The notes under the pieces were generated by a model, which made no database searches, was not told where the DNA came from, and saw nothing but the letters and a program-made list of their open reading frames with translations. Of a DNA stretch of 64,000 nucleotides, positions 11,700 through 25,398 are shown one piece after another. Positions within the stretch are counted from its first letter, which is position 1. Each line of letters begins with the position of its first letter. Position numbers and translations under genes: made by a program. This DNA comes from Felis catus (taxonomy: Eukaryota), in contig NC_058383.1 in assembly GCF_018350175.1 (NCBI RefSeq), positions 24,430,001 to 24,494,000 on the forward strand, read 5' to 3'.

Positions 11700-12332
11700 G
11701 AATGCAAATTGGTGCAGCCACTCTGGAAAACAGTGTGGAGGTTCCTCAAAAAATTAAAAATAGACCTACCCTATGACCCAGCAATAGGACTGCTAGGAAC
11801 TTACCCAAGGGATACAGGACTACTGATGCATAGGGGCACTTGTACCCCAATGTTTATAGCAGCACTCTCAACAATAGCCAAATTGTGGAAAGAGCCTAAA
11901 TGTCCATCAACTGATGAATGGATAAAGAAATTGTGGCTTATATACACAATGGAGTACTACGTGGCAATGAGAAAGAATGAAATATGACCCTTTGTAGCAA
12001 CATGGATGGAACTGGAGAGTGTGATGACAAGTGAAATAAGCCATACAGAGAAAGATAGATACCATATGTTTTCACTCTTATGTGGATCCTGGGAAACTTA
12101 ACAGAAACCCATGGGGGAGGGGAAGGAAAAAAAAAAGAGATTAGAGTGGAAGAGAGCCAAAGCTCTCTTTGAGCCAAAGCATAAGAGACTCTTAAAAACT
12201 GAGAACTGAGGGTTGATGGGGGGTGGGAGGGAGGGGAGGGTGGGTGATGGGTATTGAGGAGGGCACCTTTTGGGATGAGCACTCGGTGTTGTATGGAAAC
12301 CAATTTGACAATAAACTTCATATATGGAAAAA
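11700..12332 (+). mobile_element. 5'-truncated L1_Fc-type LINE with 16-bp TSD
   Basis: ORF 11709-11987 is ORF2 C-terminus ([24 protein letters not shown]); perfect TSD aaaaattgcccaccta at 11684-11699 and 12333-12348. Confidence 0.95.
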
Positions 12333-13415
12333 AAAAATTGCCCACCTAATAAAATCAGTGCAGGCCTCAATAAGTATCAAATGATAGATTTCATGCAGAC
12401 CATGTCCTGTGAAGACACAGCAATAAAATTAGAACCCCTCGCCTGATACAACTGATAAACTGTATAGATATTCTCTTGAAGTATATATTTTACATAGTTT
12501 TTATCATCAAATACATACATTTTTGCATTGTCTTTTCCTCTCTTTAATCCACCATAAGTATTTCCCATATTGTTACAAAACCTTTAATATGTTTGGATAA
12601 TAGTCCATGGAATTGAGGTGAGGAAGATCGATTTTCAAAGTCTATAACTCTTTATTCTTCTTATCTCTTTTTGTCTAAGCCTTTATTCCAAGATAAATTA
12701 TCTGTCAACTTTGAGAAAGCACAAAGCTTTCATCTGCAAGTTTCTCACGATAATTAGCTCCAAGAGTCAATGTTTGTTCCTTTTTCTGGTTTCTATGAGA
12801 ACCAGTAGAAGCTGTAGAAGCAACCTGGAGGACACTATTATTTATTTGTAAGGAGGGAAAAAGAATTTTTTTAAGACTGCAGAGAGTGAAATATTCAAAC
12901 GTGATTATGGATACTGTGAGAACAACTAATTTTTTCATGAGCTACTTTAATTTAGACACAATTACATTCATGAATATATTCTAAAATAGAAAATCATATA
13001 TAATCTGACAGAGGGCTTCTCAAAGATCGATTAATTATCGTGTATATAATTATAAACTATATTATTAGCTTATAGAAAGCTAAGTGCCAATCAAACGAGG
13101 AGTCTGTTACAAGATGAAGATGATGATAAAGATAATGTGATAATGATGGGGAGAAGGAGAATGATAAAGATAAGGATGGAAGCAAAGATAAAGGAGGACA
13201 GAGCAATCATTCATATAGGAAGAAGGGTTAGAAATGGAGGAGAAGGAAGAGTTTCTCAACTCCAGTAGCACTCATGACTTGGACTCAAACTCTCCTGTGA
13301 AATGGTAAGACACCTGAGCTGTTTGTTTTAATATTTTTAAATGGTATTTAAATATCCTGGCACCCTTTGGCATTTCCTTGGGAAAACCCCTTCCTTAAAA
13401 GAAGAGTGTGTTGGG

Positions 13416-13637
13416 GGGGGCGCCTGGGTGGCTCCGTCGGTTAAGCGGCCGACTTCGGCTCAGGTCATGATCTCGCAGTCCATGAGTTCTAGCCCCACGT
13501 CGGGCTCTGTGCTGACAGCTCAGAGCCTGGGGCCTGCTTCAGATTCTGTCTCCCTCTCTCTGACCCTCCCCTGTTCATGCTCTGTCTCTCCCTGTCTCAA
13601 AATAAATAAACGTTAAAAAAATTAAAAAAAAAAAAAA
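13416..13637 (+). mobile_element. Young CAN-SINE (SINEC_Fc) with 19-bp TSD
   Basis: TSD aaaagaagagtgtgttggg at 13397-13415 and 13638-13656; CpGs retained. Confidence 0.95.
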
Positions 13638-16600
13638 AAAAGAAGAGTGTGTTGGGAAGGTGAGGTGAAGCAGAAACAGATCCTGAACTTGAAGATCCTC
13701 CTTACACCATTCCCTCAAGAGGAGATTGACAGAGAGGGTTGAAATTAGACCTAGAAGACCTGAAGTCCATATATTCTGGAAGAACTTACTGCATCTATTT
13801 GAGTTTCCATTTCTTTGTGAATAAAATTGGAGGATATTGCTCATGATCATATTATCATCTAAACTTACAGTAGTAAAGGTGAAATGATATAAAATTCCTT
13901 GCAAACTGTGAAGTATGGTTTTACAAACTGGAAGAGCCAAGAAACCATGTGATTGTGGCTAAGAGTGCAGTTAGAGAGAGAGAGCTCTAAAACTTAGTAA
14001 TTGGTCTCTTTTCTTATTTTCTACTGTACTTCTCAAAGTACAAAGGAGAGACACAACTGGTAGGAGATGGTAAGGGCAGAGATTAATGAAAATACCTAAG
14101 ACAGATCTGCATATAATTTAGGCACTAACTGCTCATCAGGAGTCTAGATAATTATGGGGCAATTGTGGCTTTTGACTGTATGTTTTGACAGTATTGGCCT
14201 TGTGGAAATAAGTATTTGAATCTGCCCCAACAGTATGCTATTGGACTCTTTGAAGGTCAGAAAAGAATATCTTCCCTACACACTGGTTGATAGACTTTAA
14301 GGGTCAGATTTAAATGTCCATTTAAATATCCAGAGTAAGTCAGGTGCTCATCACCTTCCTGTTGTAACCAACCCTGTCCTGCTCCCATCTCCCTATACAC
14401 CTGCAATATTAGAATAACTTTAGAAACTCTTGCTAGTGACTTCTATGTCCCTCTGCTGCCACTTAGGTTCAGAGGGGGTAGGCTTTATTTCCTCCTTTGT
14501 TTTCTTAAAAACTCATTTATTACCTGACACCCCATGCATTTAACCATTTCACTTTGAGAGCCCCTTAGACCCAAACACCACTTCTTTCTGCCAATGACCC
14601 AGAGAAAACAGGGTTAATTGGCACCCCCAGGGGCAACACTTAGAAAGATTCTCCCCCTAAAGGGTCTCCTCCTCCCCACAAAGCAATGGCATTGTCCATT
14701 CTTCATTGTTGTATTTATAATTTTGCAGTCTCTCTTGCCACCTGACAGCTTGATGTTGTAAACAACTGTCCATCTACCATGGAGTCTAATCCTGGATGAA
14801 AGGAAGTAGTAGCCCTTGGATGGAGAATTTACCTAGGACTCTGACCTATCTATAAAACAGAGTCTTGTGTGTTCCTTTGCTCAGAGAGAGAGATGGAAGG
14901 AACAAAGATTAGTGGTAGTTGATACCTCCAGTCTACCCCCAAGAAAAACCAATGCCAACAAAGTGGAAACCCAACTTCTTCCTTGTTCTGAAAAACCATT
15001 CACTGCTAATTGGGAAAGAAATTCAATGTGAAGCCCAGAAACACTTATTTTTATTAACGAGATTGCCCCCTAAACCCAAGAGACCTGGTTTTCAAAAGCA
15101 GCCTGTATTTGTTCTCCAAAGCTATTTACGCCTAATTATAGAGGAAATTCACTTGTATGGTAGGGAAGCACATTTTTACCTAATAAGGAAAAAGAAAAGA
15201 TCCAAGCAGAACGTTGCTTTTAACAAGATTGTTTCATCTAATGAGCATCTTATTATGAATTTTAATGAAAATAAAAGGATTAACAGAAAGTAAAAAAAAA
15301 TTATAAAGGATTACAGAAGTCCTATTGTTACATGGAACTTATAGGAAGTAAGCAAGGACAGAATAGGCGTCATTAACACATTACTGTATGTGCTGGACTT
15401 GGGTTTGTGAGAAACAAACCATTTGAGGTAAAGACATTTTTAAGTCCATTACTCAGAAAATGTCACTTAGTTATTTATGTACGTTTTCCTCTCGAGCACA
15501 GCAACAAAACTCTTCAACCTATTTGATGTGGATTTTTCCTCTTCAAAAGAGATTCAACAACCCTGCTTCTCATTTAAACACATATATCACTCAAAATACA
15601 GAGAAACTTTCTTTCCCACATTGAAGGTCACTGGTGGTGTTTTTCTTAGAAACATTGTTAAATACAAACATGAGGCAATGAAAGGAACCACTGTCTGCCC
15701 TTTTGTTTTTTTCCTCTCTAAATGAAAACATTTATGAAAATATTTAGGTGGGTAAGTTGACTATTGAAATTATAATGTCCCTGAAGTATTGATTGGGCTT
15801 AATTTATTCACATAAGTTTCAAGCCATTCAAAGCCCTATTTTTCTGCCAAAAACACAGACAGAACTGTTATTGTACCATCTGGTTTGCATGAAGAATCTC
15901 TTGGCATCTCTTAACTGCATATTTTATAAATGCTAAATCCCAGATGGCATTACATTGTAACAGTGGAGAGTTTTATAAAGGTTTCCAAAAACAAATTCTT
16001 TAAAATGTGAATACTGGATAGTCTAAGCAGGGGCTACGAATTTAAATTCTGCACTTGAATCAACTGGCTTTGTTATCTAGACAAATTTCCTTTTTCTTTT
16101 GCCCTTACTCCTTTCTAATTATTATTGGCTCTGTGAATTGAAGATTTCAATCAATAAAATCATATGACCAAGTCCTCACTCAAAGCTTAAGTTCGTATAA
16201 AAGTTGTAAGAACAATGATCACTGGAAAACCTGTATTAGCTGCCATTTTGTTTCAAGATAGAATTTACCACAAAGAAGGGATGTTATGGTGCCTGTTAGC
16301 AGATCATCAAATACCATCAAAACCATTCACCACTCTTAAAGCTGATAGTTGGACTGGAAGCTATGCAATTGTGAGCAGCATGCATTATGTTGAAACAAAG
16401 CCCTAGTATGGTAATAGCTAAGAACACAGATTCTTAAGTCAGAGACTGACAGACACTAACCCAGAAATTAAATCCCACCATTAATTTGGGCAGATTACTT
16501 CTGAGCTTCAATTTCCTCACCAGTAAAATGAAGAGAAAACCCCACAGAGTTATTGCAAGTAATATTATTCACAGGGCTGATGCAAGTAATTAGTTACTTC

Positions 16601-16719
16601 ACACAATGTATGGTCTGTAGTCAGTACTCAATGAATGTAAATTAGTAGTAGTCCCACTGGAAGTAGAAGCTGAAGTCAAGCAGAAGTAGCAGTACTACTA
16701 GTAGAAAGGAAGGAACTCT

Positions 16720-16940
16720 TGGGGTGCCTGGATGGCTCAGTTGGTTGGGTATCCGACTTCAGCTTAGGTCATGACCTCACAGTTGGTGGGTTCAAGCCCC
16801 ACGTCAGGCTCTGTGCTGGCATCTTGGAGCCTGGAGCCTGCTTCTGATTCTGTGTGTTTCTCTCTCTGCCCCTCCCCTGCTCACACTCTGTCTCTCAAAA
16901 ATAAATAAAAGTGTTTAAAAAAATTTTTTTAATTAAAAAA
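16720..16940 (+). mobile_element. CAN-SINE
   Basis: SINE body flanked by the repeat agaaaggaaggaactct. Confidence 0.92.
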
Positions 16941-17174
16941 AGAAAGGAAGGAACTCTCTCCCTTCTTTAGGTCAATCATAAATGTATAATAACTGCATTT
17001 TCTTAAACCTTCTCTTTCCTTTGCATTTTTCTTCTCCGTAACAACAAGGAACTGGCTTTTTGTTTTGTTTTGTTTTTTGGGTTTTTGGGTTTTTTTGGTC
17101 CTATCCTTCATCATGGTTCAGTAAAAAGAGTATATATTTTATAGTCACACAGAGTTGTCTTTCAATCTGAGAAT

Positions 17175-17480
17175 GTGTATTTGTCTTCTAGGGTTGCCCC
17201 AAAAAGTACCTCAAACTCGGTGGCTTAATCAGCAGAATTTTTTTCTTACAGTTCTGGAAGTCAGAAGTCCAAGATCAAAGTGTCAGCAGGGTTGGTTCCT
17301 TCTGAGGGCTATGAGGGAAGGATCTTTTTTGGGGCCTCTCTCCTTGGCTTATAGATGGCCATCTTCTTCTGTGTCTTCATATTGTCTTCCCTCTGTATAC
17401 ATCTCTGTTCAAATTTCCTCTTCTCTTACAGACACTAGTCATATTGTATTAGGGCCCACCCTAAAGATCTCATTTTAAGT
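17175..17480 (-). mobile_element. MaLR LTR (MLT1-type) fragment
   Basis: acagttctggaagtcagaagtccaagatcaaagtgtcagcagggttggttccttctgagg motif. Confidence 0.75.
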
Positions 17481-18277
17481 TAAGCTAGAGGATCTATCTC
17501 TAAGTACAAGGCCTCTCAAGAACTGGGCTCAGAACTGGCATAGTGCCAGTTCTACCACATTCTGTTGGCCAAACCAGCCAGACTCAAGGGGGAAGTGAAG
17601 ACACAGGAAGAAACAGACCTCGAAGCACACTGCAAGGGATGGGAATACAGGGAGGGGTGGAAGATTGTGACTTTTACAACAAATCTTCACATCAGCTTCA
17701 GAACTTTAATATTTAACATATATTCTATCAACTAAAAGTAATGTGCTGCATTGCCAAGAAAACCTTTTCTCTATTTCTGTGGTAACTACTGCACTCTTTA
17801 CTAGCTATGGAGTAATCTGTAATAATACTTTTATATAAATGGGTTTTTATTTAGAACTTCTGAGCCTTCTCTGTCATCCATTTACCTAAGCTGCCCTATC
17901 TTTATATTTACAGATCAATGAAGTCTTGTATGCCTTTGTTCTAGTTCTTTCTGAGCCCATGACTATCAAGAGGTTTATTCAACTTGGATCTGTCTAAAGA
18001 TCCCAAGAGGAAAATGATATTAATATTGTATAGTTACACTGTTAAAGGAATTACCATATGATGTTAAAGAACATTCTCATTGACATAATCTATCTTGTTT
18101 TCCTAAGTTAAATTCATATTTGACATTTGAAAGCTATTTTAAGCTATATTAGCATAGCTGGTAGAAGTTTCTAGATTTCTTATTTATCTTATACTGCTAA
18201 ATTCTAATTAATGCCATCTTGTACTTCTAAAGTTAACTGATCTGCAAGAGAAGCAGAGTTTTAAAACACCTCCTCAT

Positions 18278-18279
<2 letters not shown>

Positions 18280-18321
<42 letters not shown>
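18280..18321. repeat. (CA)n microsatellite
   Basis: Direct reading. Confidence 0.95.
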
Positions 18322-18323
<2 letters not shown>

Positions 18324-18909
18324 GGAGAGAGAGAGAAAGGGAAAATCATAATGAATTAGAAAGAGCTTGGGAATGGACATCAGGACCTGATTCCTTACTG
18401 GATCTCTGCTGCTAACTTTCTGTAAGATCTTGAGCAAGTTACTAAACCTCTTAGGTGTAATTTCTTCATTTTACATTAGGGAGATGGACTTTGGAAGCCT
18501 CACGTACCAAATCCACTCACTTGGGTGCTATACCTTTATATCATGAAGTTTGAACCCATGGGCCTTTGATTGTATACCTTCTATTGATCACTTAAATACC
18601 ACTCAGATTTACTGTTACTTCTGTTTGCACTTTAAAATTATTTTAATTGGTTGTTTTGTCACCAAGACAACTCAATCAATACAGAAAAAAAATAGAGTCA
18701 GTAAAACAGGAGTTCCCCACCTCCGTATTCCTATGGATAATATTGTGCATATATTTATAACCAGTAGTAGAAGAAGAGCACAGACAAACCAGAACCAACA
18801 ATTGTTGTAAATGGCCGGCATAGCTGGACTAGGCTTGACTGCCTGTATATCTGCACGGTCTCTTCCCCTGGGTCACACAATTAGCTCTCTGGAAATACTT
18901 TTCTGGACT

Positions 18910-19002
18910 TTTTTTCCATGAGAGAGAGCACACACATGGAAGCAGGGGAGAAGGGCAGAGGGAGAAAGAGAGGGAGAGGGAGAGGGAGAGGGAGAGGGAG
19001 AG

Positions 19003-19063
<61 letters not shown>

Positions 19064-19187
19064 TCTTAAGCAGATTCCATGCTCAGCGAGGAGCCTGATG
19101 CAGGGCTCGAACCCATGGTCCTGGGATCATGACCTGAGCTGAAATCAAGAGTCAGATACTCAACCAACTGAGCCATCCAGGCACCCC
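18910..19187 (-). mobile_element. CAN-SINE with expanded (GA)n
   Basis: SINE body ending gagccatccaggcacccc. Confidence 0.9.
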
Positions 19188-19507
19188 ATCCTTCCTGTAC
19201 TTTCAATTCAAATATACATTTATATACACAGACACAAAAATGTATAGACATACACAGGTTTTTTTTTTCTTTTTTTAAGTACAATATAAAAACATTAATT
19301 ATACAACTCCAAAACTCCAATTTTATTGTGGCCATCTTTAATATTACCATCCATAGATCCACATGAATCCAGATGCATTTTAGAATTTGAAGATATTCAT
19401 ACTTACCTAACAATCTGATGATGACATTTAGGTTGTCTTTTAATATGTTTATATTGTATAAAATAAGACAGCAAGCAAGCTTGGAATTTAAGAATTGTAA
19501 ATTGTTG

Positions 19508-19690
19508 GGATGCCTGGGTGGCTCAGTTGGTTAAGCGTCCAACTCTTGATTTTGGCTCGGGTCATGGTCTCACATGCTTCTTGGTATCAAGCTCCACGTC
19601 AGGGTCCAGGCAGTGTGGAGCCTGCTTGGGATTCTCTCTCTGCCCCTCCTCCACCCTCCTCTCAAAATAAATATGTAAACATAAAAGAAA
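19508..19690 (+). mobile_element. CAN-SINE
   Basis: gggatgcctgggtggctcagttggttaagcg head and A-rich tail. Confidence 0.88.
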
Positions 19691-19919
19691 AAGAACTGTA
19701 AACTGTTATTTATAAGAACTGTATTTCAGAAGGAGGGCACATGCTCAAATGAGGCAACAATACTGCCTTGTTATGCATAACAACTTAAAACTCCCTTCAA
19801 GAAATGCCTGGTGATGAGCAAGTAAGAAGTGACCTCAGGACCATCAGGTAGAGACCCACTCAGAGAGTAGAGGGAATACCATGTAGTCATTAGCACAAAG
19901 AGTGCTAATGAAATTAGTC

Positions 19920-21233
19920 GCGAAGGAAGACGGCGGCGCAGGAGGACTTAGATTCCACCCACACCTGCCTAAATAACCCAGAAAACCGCCAGAAGACTAG
20001 CAGAATGGATTCTCTGGGGCCAAGTGTAGATGAGAGGCCCAGGGAAGAGGGTAGGAAGGGCAGAGAGGCAGTGAGCACTACACAGAGAGCTGGGGCGGAA
20101 GGGCAGCCCGCTGGCAAAGCAGAGCCCCCAAGTCTGGCTTGCAAAAGCGGAGGGGCCGGACAGAGTGTGTTCCGACAGCAAGCGGGACTTAACATCTGGA
20201 AGGTTATAAGCTAACAGCTCTGCTCAGAGAGAGGGAGTGCTGGAGGACAACGGGAGGGAGAGTTGTTGAGCCCTGGACGACAGAGCTCAGCTTGGCGGGG
20301 AACAAAGGCGCTCGCCAGCGCCATCTCCCTCGCCCATCCCCCAGCCAAAATCCCAAAGGGAACCAGTTCCTGCCAGGGAACTTGCTTGCACCGCGCAAAC
20401 ACCCAACACTGTGCTTCTGCGGATCCATCCCTCCAGCGTTGGGTCTGACTCCCTCCCCCTACCGCAGGGCCCCTCCCGAAGCGGATCACTGAATCGGATG
20501 GAAGGAGCCTAAATGTCCATCAACTGATGAATGGATAAAGAAATTGTGGTTTATATACACAATGGAATACTACTTGGCAATGAGAAAGAATGAAATATGG
20601 CCTTTTGTAGCAATGTGAATTAAACTGGAGAGTGGTAGCCTAAGTGAAATAAGTCATACGGAGAAAGACAGATACCATATGTTTTCACTCATGTGGATCC
20701 TGAGAAACTTAAGGGAAGACCATAGGGGAGGAGAAGGGGAAAAAAAAAAGTTAGGGAGGTAGCCAAACCACAAGAGACTCTTAAAAACTGAGAATAAACT
20801 GAGGGTTGATGGGGGGGTGGGAGGGAAGGGAAAGTGGATGATGGCATTGAGGAGGGCACCTGTTTGGATGAGCACTGGGTGTTGTATGGAAACCAATTTG
20901 ACAATAAATTTCATCTATTAAAAAAATAAATAAGGGTCGCCTGGGTGGCTCAGTAGGTTAAGCGGCCGACTTCGGCTCAGGTCATGATCTCGCGGTCCGT
21001 GAGTTTGAGCCCCGCGTTGGGCTCTGTGCTGACAGCTCAGAGCCTGGAGCCGGTTTCAGATTCTGTGTCTCCCTCTCTCTGACCCTCCCCCATTCATGCT
21101 CTGTCTCTGTCTCAAAAATAAATAAACGTTAAAAAAAAATTTTTTTTAATAAAATAAATAAATAACATTGAAAAGAAAAAAAGTATACCCTAAAAATAAA
21201 TAAAGAAAATAATAAAGAAATAAAGAAATAAAA
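19920..21233 (+). mobile_element. Internally deleted L1_Fc-type element: 5'UTR (to 20489) fused to ORF2 end/3'UTR (20498 to about 20932), A-rich tail interrupted by a SINE
   Basis: CpG-rich feline L1 5'UTR start (gtcgcgaaggaagacggcggcg); 3' part matches the L1 copies at 11700 and 61528; TSD gaaattagtc at 19910-19919 and 21234-21243. Confidence 0.85.
20934..21147 (+). mobile_element. Young CAN-SINE inserted in the L1 poly(A) tail
   Basis: gggtcgcctgggtggctcag head; flanked by aaaataaataa on both sides. Confidence 0.92.
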
Positions 21234-22269
21234 GAAATTAGTCTTTGGTGTACTCACCACCTTTGCCAGTTCCCACAGTGGTCCTCCTTCTCTCCATGCC
21301 TCCTGCTCAGGGCTTTTGTGCTGCCCTTAGTCTCCCAGAACCCCGAATTTGGGGCTGGGATCAAATCTGTCCTTTCCAAGGCAAGACCTCCTACTTTGGA
21401 GAAAAGGCACAATATTGGTAGAGAAGCGAACCTGGGGGTGGGGCCTGGGAAAGTGGAGCGACACATCAGTCTCTGAACCTTGCTTCCACACTGCATCCTC
21501 TACGGCCTTCCCATCACAGTCTTAACAATCATGGTAGGAAATTACCTTCACATTTGCAGAAAAGTTGTCACTTTTTGGAAAATATGCTTCAGAGAAAAGG
21601 AGTAACTATTGCTACCATGCCTCTGCTTGGAATCTAAATCTTCTCACTGTCTCTAATCCCAGAAACGTGCTTATCCTGGCTTTTGTTCCCTCTCCCCAAT
21701 TCCATATAACATAATGGGTTAATTCCCATTGAAGAGGTTGACCACTAACAATCACTCATTTTCGTGCCTTCCCTCCAAGTACGTGCCAAATTTTCTCCAT
21801 CATAAGATTCACCTGTGGTGCTTGTTAAATAGTACATTAACTCAGGACCCTCCCCTGGAGAGCCCAATTCAGCAGCTTTTGGGTGAGAGCCTGGAATGTG
21901 TGCTATTAATGAGAGCCCCATGTAATCCTTTGATCAAGAAAGTTGGGGAAACACTGCTCTAACCTACAATGGTATTTCAGACACCTGTAACAGGGAGTAG
22001 AGATTACCCCTCAAGTTACACTACAAAGACAACACCATAAATCAATAATTACAAGTGCCACCCCGCCACTTGCACAGAATTCGAACATGACTGCAGAAAT
22101 CTAGGTATCTCAAATTGCAGTAAGAGATGCTGAAAATATCTTGATTGGGCCTTACAAAATCTGAGTCTTCAACCTGGCTCTGACACTCAGTTGTTAATAG
22201 GTTGGGCAAAGTTGCTTTGCCTCAATTTCCCCATGTGTAAACTCTCAATTGGTATGCACTATAACGTTA

Positions 22270-22730
22270 TTATTTAGAACGTTACTCTCTTTGACCCAGA
22301 ATTTCTACTTACCAAGGGTTAGTCAGGGGAATATACAAGAATGTCCATCGTATTATGGTTTATGATGATGAAAAATTAGAAGTCTTTGTAATGTCCATCA
22401 TTAGGAATAAAGGCTGATTTATCTGGACATTGAATACTATGCAATCTTAAAAATGGTAATGGAGATCTTTATGTTTGACATATAAAATGCCCATGTCATG
22501 TAAAGTCGTAAAATCAGGTTACAAAACATTACCTAAACTTTGATCCCAGGTTATTGGTTTTTGTGTGTGGTGTTTGTACAAAAAGCCCATAAAGCTATAT
22601 ATCTAAATATTAGCAGTGGCAAGATTACAGGTGACTTTTTCCTTTTCTCTATATCCTTCTGTAATTGTCTGAATTTTTGCAGTTAATTTAAATTTTTATA
22701 CTTGGGGGAAATAATATATCATCATTTTTT
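22270..22730 (+). mobile_element. Old L1ME-like 3' fragment
   Basis: ctctttgacccagaatttctactt, aatgtccatca and tgaatactatgcaatc motifs. Confidence 0.55.
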
Positions 22731-22944
22731 GTAAAGGTACTTCATGCACATTGCCAAGGTAGTGATAACAGCCAGGAAACTAGGGGTTACTTAAAGGAAA
22801 GGTTTGTTACTTGAACATGGTATGAACAAGAGATGTTCTTTCTTCAATAAAATCCACCACCCTCTTTCACTCTACACTGGAGTTGTATTTTTCCCAAAAG
22901 ATACTAATTTTGCCCAGTGTTATGGAGAAAAACACCAATTCATT

Positions 22945-22950
22945 CACCTG
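22945..22950 (+). promoter_or_regulatory. E-box CACCTG, candidate FIGLA element of the ZP2 promoter
   Basis: CACCTG about 215 nt upstream of the TATA box, the position expected for the conserved zona-gene E-box. Confidence 0.7.
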
Positions 22951-23009
22951 GAGCCAATTTTAGTGACCTCTGGTTTCATGGCTGGCCCACAGAGAAGCTG
23001 GTAGAATAA

Positions 23010-23285
<276 letters not shown>

Positions 23286-23354
23286 TGAGTAATTCTGGCA
23301 GCAGAGTAGGGACAGACACAATGGCCTTGTTTGCTAAAGCTCATTCCTCCTTAA

Positions 23355-23480
<126 letters not shown>

Positions 23481-23919
23481 TGAGGGGAAATGCCCTTAGC
23501 ATCTTTCAAACAGGTTGCAGCTAGATGGCCAGGGAACATTAACATGGGCCACAATCTCCACTTACCCCGTTTCTTAGTTTGATCAAGTCAGTAGATTTTG
23601 CTATTACTTACCCATGACTTGTTATACTAGCTAAAGAAAAGATGTTGCAAAACACCTACACTAGTTTTTATTCCCTTACTGCCTCAAGCTTTACGGTACC
23701 CCCAAAACAGCAGAACACAACACTAAATCCCCATCTTTAAGGGTAGTCCTTTTCAACACAAGCTTATGCTTAAGGAAAGCATCAACATGACAGACAAAAC
23801 TGGAGCTGCTCTGCTTATGAGTTTTTTAAACTTTCACGTGGGCAAGGGGATGTAAAATAGCATATTATAGGTAGAATTTAGCCTTTAAAAAGTGTTCTTG
23901 GGCTTATGTAGGGTGAAGT

Positions 23920-24022
23920 TTTTAAGTTTAAGTAATCTCTATGCTTAACACGGGATTCAAACTGAGGACCCTAAGATCAAGAGTCTTGCATGCTCTTCTG
24001 ACTGAGCCAGCCAGGCACCCCA
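23920..24022 (-). mobile_element. Short CAN-SINE
   Basis: agatcaagagtcttgcatgctcttctgactgagccagccaggcacccc. Confidence 0.75.
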
Positions 24023-24242
24023 TGTTGGGCATTTTTTAAACTTCAAGTTGAAAAGTCTTTAGATAGAACATTTGTTCTCCAGCTCTTCACAGACCTACCA
24101 TCCCCACCTCTGTCAGCATCATTGTCAAGGTTCTAGCCTGGTCCCTGTTCTGGGGCCTATTCTGGGCTTAACTTTGGAGAGTTCCAGAAAGCCCCAGGCA
24201 TTTAACTGACAACTTCCCTACAGTTGGTAACTTGCATTTTAG

Positions 24243-24497
<255 letters not shown>

Positions 24498-24844
24498 TAA
24501 TGTGTATATTCTTATCTTAGTCTTAGTAGAAAGCTCTTAGTTCAAGGCTAGCCCTATTTTTCAGGTGAGCAGAGTACGCAAACTTTAGAGTAACTGACAC
24601 CCAATTCCCATGATGCCACAGGGGTCCCTGATTTGCATGATGCCAGTAAGAGTGAGAGACCTCATCTTGCCTTAGAAACCTGTCTTATCTCAGAATTTCC
24701 TGAGAAATCTTTAGTAGCAAACCACAGCATCTTTTAAAGCTTGGGTCCTATCACCCATCTGGGACAATAAAAAGTAAAATGATGGAGCTTAGAAATGGAT
24801 TGATACTCTTGGCTATGTAGCTTTGGTTTACTTTGTTACTGTAA

Positions 24845-24994
<150 letters not shown>

Positions 24995-25068
24995 TGATGG
25001 TGGGAAATAGTAACCTAGTAGTTACTAATAGTAACCCTACTAGTTAAGGATTTGGCTTTAGAGTAGAG

Positions 25069-25398
25069 CAGTAACTCTCAATCAAGGGTGGTTGGTGGTG
25101 GTTGTTGTTGTTGGTGGTGGTGGTGGTGGTTGGTTGGTTGGTTGGTTTTTGTTACTGTTTTTGGGGCTTGGGGGGAGTTGTTTAGTTTTGTCTTCCAAGA
25201 GGACATTGTGCAATGTTTGGAGACCTTTTGAAGACCTTACTGGCTGTCACAACTGGTGTAGGGGGCTGTCTGCCACTGGCATCCAGCAGGTACAAGCCAC
25301 AGTTGCTGCTAAAAAGCCTACATTGCACAGGGTGGCTCCCTTTAACATGGAATTACCAGTCCTGAAATGTCAATAATGCTGAAAATGAAAAACCCTGA
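25069..25398. mobile_element. MER20-like hAT MITE with internal (GGT/GTT)n
   Basis: ggacattgtgcaatgtttggagac, ggctgtcacaactgg and aatgtcaataatgctga motifs. Confidence 0.7.

Noticed and set aside
13100..13250. Purine-rich GAT/GAG stretch resembling acidic coding sequence
   Set aside because: Low-complexity decayed repeat interrupted by stops, with no ORF-track support.
14919..15293. 124-aa plus-strand ORF between ANKS4B and ZP2
   Set aside because: TTG start, AT-rich composition and no recognisable homology; consistent with chance.
19914..20492. Cluster of overlapping ORFs that could suggest a CpG-island gene
   Set aside because: Explained by the GC-rich L1 5'UTR, which has few stop codons.
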